Below are positions 27,305 through 32,000 of a DNA stretch of 32,000 bases, piece after piece; within the stretch, counting starts at the first letter, position 1; each line of letters starts with the position of its first letter. Position numbers and translations under genes: made by a program. The notes under the pieces are model-generated. The model was not told the origin of the DNA, ran no database searches, and saw only the letters and a program-made list of their open reading frames with translations. The DNA is from Mycolicibacterium smegmatis (GTDB taxonomy: Bacteria; Actinomycetota; Actinomycetes; Mycobacteriales; Mycobacteriaceae). Where the stretch lies: the NCBI RefSeq assembly GCF_001457595.1, contig NZ_LN831039.1, forward strand, positions 1,380,001 through 1,412,000, written 5' to 3'.

Positions 27305-27964
27305 ATGGACAACAAGGCGTATCAGGACAGCGGCGGACGCTCTTTGGAGAAGTATCCGCGGCCCTCGGTTGCCGTCGACGCCGCGGTACTCACCGTCGAT
27401 CCCGAGACGGGCCTAACTGTGCTACAGGTCCGTCGGGCCGGGGGGCCCGGCTGGGCGCTACCCGGCACCTTCTTGCATCAGGGGGAGACCCTGGCTGAAG
27501 CGGTCAACCGGGCCCTCTCGACCAAGGCGAACGTACAGGGCCTGCGGCCCCGCCAGCTCCACGTGTTCGATGACCCACACCGCGACAACCGCGGGTGGGT
27601 GCTGTCGGTGGCACACGTCGCCGTCGTCCCACCCGATCAGCTGGTCGACCGCTTTCCCCAGTCCACCCGGCTGATGCCGGTGCACACTCCGGGGCGACTC
27701 ATCTATGACCACGCCGACATCATCGCGCTGGCCGTGGCCGACGTACGGGCCCGCTACGACTCGAGCCCCGATCCGGATCATCTACTCGGCGATGAGTTCA
27801 CGCTGCGCGACCTGCGGCTGATCCACGAAGCGGTTGCGGGACATGCCCTTCAGCGAGACACCTTCCGGCGTGCGATGGAACCGCACCTCATCTCGACCGG
27901 CGACACTGTGTCTCGCGGTAGAGGACGGCCGGCAGAGTTGTTTCGTCGCCGTAACGACGAATGA
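27305..27964 (+). CDS. NrtR-like regulator: degenerate Nudix domain plus C-terminal winged helix
   Basis: VAVDAAVLTVDPETGLTVLQVRRAGGPGWALPGTFLHQGETLAEAVNRALSTKANV; C-terminal FTLRDLRLIHEAVAGHALQRDTFRRAMEPHLISTGDTVSRGRGRPAELFRRR typical of Nudix-linked wHTH. The ATG at 27305 is preferred over the TTG at 27275. Confidence 0.85.
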   Translation: MDNKAYQDSGGRSLEKYPRPSVAVDAAVLTVDPETGLTVLQVRRAGGPGWALPGTFLHQGETLAEAVNRALSTKANVQGLRPRQLHVFDDPHRDNRGWVLSVAHVAVVPPDQLVDRFPQSTRLMPVHTPGRLIYDHADIIALAVADVRARYDSSPDPDHLLGDEFTLRDLRLIHEAVAGHALQRDTFRRAMEPHLISTGDTVSRGRGRPAELFRRRNDE

Positions 27965-28096
27965 TGTGACCCGAAGCTGAGTCATTGTGAATCCTACTGT
28001 CGGATAAGCTGGTTGCCTATGCGCCGGGCGATGTGGGCTCAGTCCGGAGGTACTCCGCTCGAACACGTGACCTGTCGCGTCCACCATAACCGAGCA

Positions 28097-29193
28097 TCAC
28101 TCTGCGGTCACGTAATGCCCAGGATCGATCGTGGTCTCGCCCGACCAGCGGTAGGCGGTCAGCTTCCCGCCTTTCACGGCGCTGAAGTCCACGCACGCCG
28201 TGTAATTGGTCCAATCGTGTCGGTGCTTGGGCGATCCTTGCCGCCAGTAGTGGCCGTAGAACACCGGGACTTGCGCGGTGTAGACGTATGACTGATCTCC
28301 GCCGGAGAGCTCCAACTCGGGCAGCGGCGGGTACGGTTCACCGGTCGCGGTGGTGAACTTGCCGCCCATCTCCGCGATATCGCGCAGCGTACGCGCCTCG
28401 CCATTCCACCACTGCACCCGGGCACTGCCGCGCGGATGGCCGTCCTTGTCGTGGTACTCTGGTTGTCCGCGGTCGACCAGGCTGATCTCCGGCCCTTTCA
28501 GGAGCGTCTCGACAGCGTCGTACAACTCGTCACCTTTGGTGCTGGCGGCCGCCAGGTGCCGCAGTTCGGCGAACGGGGCGCTCGAACCGCAGCGGTTCTC
28601 GACCAGCTTGATCGAGTCGTCATGCCAGCACGCTGCACGACGCGCACCTCTCCGAGATCCAGCCACAGCGGAATCGTCCGCGAACCACTCCAAATATCGG
28701 CGGCGGTCGTCACGGCGAACCTGCTCGAGAAAAGCGGCATGCTGTTTGGTGTTCTTGGCCGCCCGTCGATCATCCGGATCATCGTGTGGCCGCAGGTATT
28801 TCCCGCTGCCCTCCGGCCATTCGGCGGCATAGGCCAGCGCGTTGAACTCGTGGTTACCCATGACGATGCGGGCGGTACCTGCATCGACCATCGCCTTGAC
28901 GACCTCCAGCACGCGGAGTTGCTCGTCTCCCCGGTCGATTAGGTCACCGACGAAGATGGCCTGACGCTCGGGTGGCGGTACGCCGCGGATCCGCGGCCGG
29001 TCCTGTAACCGAGTTTGTTCAGCAGCGCCTCGAGCTGTGTGGCGCGGCCGTGTACGTCTCCGATGACGTCGTAACCGTCTGGGGTTCGTTCATCGACCTC
29101 CTGTCCTCTTGCTCGGTCAAGTGCGACGGCATTACCGGCTGCCTCGGATGTTGGTGGGAATCGACCGAATGCTGACGCCACTAACGCGACCAC
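28097..29193 (-). pseudogene. Metallophosphoesterase (calcineurin-like, PrpA/Pnkp-phosphatase-like), frameshifted
   Basis: YDVIGDVHGRATQLEALLNKLGYR in the frame of 28939-29193; RQAIFVGDLIDRGDEQLRVLEVVKAMVDAGTARIVMGNHEFNALAYA...PVFYGHYWRQG in the frame of 28097-28912. The two halves join only with a 1-nt shift near 28970. The true start is uncertain. Confidence 0.85.
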
Positions 29194-29513
29194 CGGGGGA
29201 CTCCGACCCAGTCGTCACGTCCGAGGTAGCGCATCAACTCGGCGCCGTCCTCGCCGTAGATCCCACGGTGGTCACCGTCGAGTACCCAACGGTGCTGCTG
29301 GTCGGCACGCGCAGCGATCTCGGCGGCGCGGCGTTGCCGCGCGGCTTCCACGGACTGATAGTGGCGGACACATGCCGCGATGATCCAGAACGTCAGGACA
29401 AGACCGAGCGCCGCCAAGATCCACCAGATGTATTTGATGATCAACCCGATGAGAAACAGCACACCGATGGCGCCTATCAGTCCACCACCGGATTGACTCT
29501 GTTGACGGCTCAC
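29181..29513 (-). CDS. Small membrane protein of unknown function
   Basis: GTG at 29513 preceded by aaggtggtgg; SRQQSQSGGGLIGAIGVLFLIGLIIKYIWWILAALGLVLTFWIIAACVRHY hydrophobic segments, then cytosolic tail RWVLDGDHRGIYGEDGAELMRYLG. Confidence 0.75.
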   Translation of the reverse strand: MSRQQSQSGGGLIGAIGVLFLIGLIIKYIWWILAALGLVLTFWIIAACVRHYQSVEAARQRRAAEIAARADQQHRWVLDGDHRGIYGEDGAELMRYLGRDDWVGVPRWSR

Positions 29514-29793
29514 GCAGACCACCACCTTCGATACTTCGCATGATGCCACGAGGTACCGACAAGTCCTGATCGGAGCCGACGAGATTGAGCAAAAAATGGA
29601 CGTTCGACTGACAGCGTGTGGGCGTCGACTTCTGGGAGCCTGTTGTGGCTCCACGCTGCGGTGGTCGAGTGCAGAAGGACTACGTCGAGGGCTATGTCGC
29701 AATACAATTCAAAATCGCAAACCGCTCCCCGCCGCGTGATCCCGCATGGTTATATGTGCTAGCTATTTGTCGTGAAGTCGTGGGGGCAGCAAA

Positions 29794-30747
29794 GTGACTG
29801 ATGGAGAACTCGTCCGTGAACGCGTACCGGAGATGCTTCACGGGGCGGGCCGGTCTGTTGAAGCACGTCGGTTATCGGGCGGGGACCTCGCGCGGGCGCT
29901 GGTCAACAAGCTGAGCGAGGAAGCGGACCAACTCACGCAGGTGGTCGACGATCGCGAGCAGCTGATCACTGGTATCGCTGAAGTCACCGACATGCTGAGG
30001 ACCCTGGCCGAATGCCAACACATCGATCAGGTCGAGATCGACGCAGAGATTCGCCGCACCGTGGCGGAACTTGGTGGATTTGACTCGGGCACATGGCTGG
30101 TCAGCGAGATCCCGCACATCGTGCGGCGGTACACCTCCGCTCACGTCGAGCGCCAGCGCAACCGATGGATTCCCGAGCGTTGGGCAGGTGTATTCGCCGG
30201 CCACGAACAGGCTCACGCCGATCTGCGCGAGCACGTTGAAGAAGCCGGCGGTATTGCGCGCAGCTTCCTGCATGCCCAAGCCGGACGCGACCCCGTCGAT
30301 CTTTTCCTGATGACCATGGCGTGGGGTTACCAGCCGAAGGACTACGGGCCGCAGCGCACCGCCGCCGTACTGGGCCAGGACGGGGCCGTGGAGAAGATCA
30401 ATGCCATCGTGGAGGCCACCCGGACGGACGGGGCGGCCGCTGGATGGAGCGCACTGCTGGACAGCCACAAGATCCGCGGACTGGGCATGTCGTTCGGGAC
30501 GAAGCTGCTTTACTACGCGGGCTACACGTGCCACCAAGAGCAGCGGCCGTTGGTACTCGACGAACGCGTACGAGCTGCGCTGGCCATCGTCGCGCCCGGG
30601 ACGGTGCCAGCGCGTGGTTGGGTACGTAGGGACGACTATCTGCGGTACCTGGATCTCGCGGAGACGTGGGCGGCCAACCCGGCGTGGAATCAGGCACCGG
30701 ACGTCGTGGAGTACGCGCTGTTTTCTCATGGCGGTGTACAGAAATGA
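29794..30747 (+). CDS. Fusion of MazG-like pyrophosphohydrolase domain and OGG/HhH DNA glycosylase-fold domain
   Basis: N-terminus GELVRERVPEMLHGAGRSVEARRLSGGDLARALVNKLSEEADQLTQ...QLITGIAEVTDMLRTLAE (MazG-like all-alpha NTP-PPase pattern); C-terminus DPVDLFLMTMAWGYQPKDYGPQRTAAVL...ALLDSHKIRGLGMSFGTKLLYYAGYTCHQEQRPLVLDERVRAAL (OGG-fold-like). Confidence 0.75.
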   Translation: MTDGELVRERVPEMLHGAGRSVEARRLSGGDLARALVNKLSEEADQLTQVVDDREQLITGIAEVTDMLRTLAECQHIDQVEIDAEIRRTVAELGGFDSGTWLVSEIPHIVRRYTSAHVERQRNRWIPERWAGVFAGHEQAHADLREHVEEAGGIARSFLHAQAGRDPVDLFLMTMAWGYQPKDYGPQRTAAVLGQDGAVEKINAIVEATRTDGAAAGWSALLDSHKIRGLGMSFGTKLLYYAGYTCHQEQRPLVLDERVRAALAIVAPGTVPARGWVRRDDYLRYLDLAETWAANPAWNQAPDVVEYALFSHGGVQK

Positions 30748-30786
30748 TTCGCCGGAAATGTTGCGGTGCAGGTGATCGAGGGTGCC

Positions 30787-32000
30787 ATGTCGGATGAGCG
30801 TCTGAAGAACTTCGTGTTGTCGCTGGCTGACCGCGATGACACGTTGAGCGAAGAGGCGAAGCTCGTCGTGCTCGCCGCGCTGGAAGGCGCCGACGACCTC
30901 ACGGAGGTGTTGGATCAGTCGGCGACCCGTCCCGATTTGATCGAATCGCTGACCACCACCCACGAGGACACAACCGAACCTGTCGGGGCGTATCTGCGCT
31001 CGATCACCGTGCAGGGATTTCGGGGAATCGGGCCCGAGGTCACGCTCAACTTCCAACCCGGACCAGGCCTGACCGTCGTCGCCGGGCGGAACGGGTCCGG
31101 TAAGTCGACACTTGCGGAAGGTCTCGAGCTCGCACTCACCGGCAAGAACTCGCGCTGGGGTGACAAGCCGGGTGTGTGGTCGCAAAGCTGGCGGAACCTG
31201 CACGCCGGAGAACCGGCGCAGCTCCGTGTGGTGCTGGCCGAAGAAGGCTCGGGCGCAACCATAATCGGAGTGGACTGGCCCGCCGGTGACGACATCGACG
31301 TCGATAATTGCTCGTGCTGGGTGCAGCGGCCCAAACGCAAGCGGGAAGACGTCAGCGCGCTGGGGTGGTCCGGCGCGCTGGAGATGTACCGGCCGCTGCT
31401 GAGCTACGACGAACTGGGCGGCATCCTCGAAGGCGCACCTAGCAAGTTCTACGACCAGCTGCACAAGTTGCTCGGACTGGAGCAACTCACCGAGGCCATG
31501 ACGCGGCTGGAAGCCGAGGTCAAGGTGCTCAAGCAGCCGTCGGAGGAAGGGCGGAAGGCGCGTGCCGCGCTGCGGGTCAAGTTGGAGTCGCATGAGGACC
31601 CACGTGCCGCGAAGGCGCTGACCCAGGTCAAGAAGCGCCGGCCCGACCTCGACGCGCTCCGGCCGTTGGTCACCGGCGGAACGGGGGCCGATGTGCCGAC
31701 AGCTTGGCTACAGGCGGAGGGATTATCGATACCGACCGACGACGAGGTGGCGTTGGCGTGCGAAGTGCTTCGAGCGGCCGCCGGCGCGGAGCTGCAGGAG
31801 GCCGAACGCGCTGACGCTCTAGCCGCGGATCGGAGCCGGGTGTTGTCGATGAGCCTGGATTTCCATGCGGCCCATGGGGATCAGAAGTGTCCGGTCTGCG
31901 GGGAAGGGTATCTCACCGCGGAGTGGGCAACAGCAGCGCGCGAGCTGTTGGAGCAAGACCAACGGGTGGTCAAGGCGCTGGCGGAGGCTCGGCAGGCTGC
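30787..32000 (+). CDS. SMC/Rad50-like AAA ATPase with CPVC zinc-hook-like motif (3' end outside window)
   Basis: Open frame from ATG 30787 to the window end, absent from the supplied ORF track: MSDERLKNFVLSLADRDD...LRSITVQGFRGIGPEVTLNFQPGPGLTVVAGRNGSGKSTLAEGLELALTGKNSRWGDK...SYDELGGILEGAPSKFYDQLHKLLGLEQL...FHAAHGDQKCPVCGEGYLTAEW. Confidence 0.9.
   Translation, partial: MSDERLKNFVLSLADRDDTLSEEAKLVVLAALEGADDLTEVLDQSATRPDLIESLTTTHEDTTEPVGAYLRSITVQGFRGIGPEVTLNFQPGPGLTVVAGRNGSGKSTLAEGLELALTGKNSRWGDKPGVWSQSWRNLHAGEPAQLRVVLAEEGSGATIIGVDWPAGDDIDVDNCSCWVQRPKRKREDVSALGWSGALEMYRPLLSYDELGGILEGAPSKFYDQLHKLLGLEQLTEAMTRLEAEVKVLKQPSEEGRKARAALRVKLESHEDPRAAKALTQVKKRRPDLDALRPLVTGGTGADVPTAWLQAEGLSIPTDDEVALACEVLRAAAGAELQEAERADALAADRSRVLSMSLDFHAAHGDQKCPVCGEGYLTAEWATAARELLEQDQRVVKALAEARQA

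Noticed and set aside
29872-31593. 573-aa minus-strand ORF
   Set aside because: Antisense to both the MazG-OGG gene and the ATPase, whose motifs are clear on the plus strand.
1-32000. CRISPR arrays, tRNA or rRNA genes
   Set aside because: No regularly spaced short repeats and no tRNA/rRNA-like sequence noticed; exhaustive RNA searching was not possible without tools.

Overview
This window is from an actinobacterium, most likely a Mycobacteriaceae relative (it encodes a DUF732-type secreted protein and is high GC). It looks like a dense, IS-riddled defence island. Left part (1-14034): two near-identical copies of one IS3-family element in direct orientation (1-626, cut by the window edge, and ~12475-14034). 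They bracket a cargo made of (i) an IS3-family element (677-3399) split by an intact IS30-family element (1000-2454, 3-bp TTG target duplication), (ii) a small secreted DUF732-like protein, (iii) a 2122-aa protein with Swt1-like HEPN, transglutaminase-like, DUF4011, SF1 helicase, REase-like and DUF3320-like regions, and (iv) a frameshifted IS110-family transposase. Middle part: an overlapping two-gene unit encoding a RapA/SNF2-like helicase and a HelD/UvrD-like helicase (14556-19879), then an McrB/McrC-type system with a third, unrecognised gene (20592-24774). Right part: a divergent ADP-ribose/NAD-themed locus (ankyrin protein, ADP-ribosylglycohydrolase-phosphatase fusion, degenerate-Nudix NrtR-like regulator with palindromic intergenic sequence), a frameshifted metallophosphoesterase, a small membrane protein, and a MazG-like/OGG-glycosylase-like fusion gene followed by an SMC/Rad50-like ATPase with a CPVC zinc-hook-like motif, which runs off the window end. 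The strongest candidates for under-described systems are the helicase pair, the MazG-OGG + zinc-hook ATPase pair, and the third gene of the McrBC operon. All domain calls come from reading motifs by eye; no database search was run.
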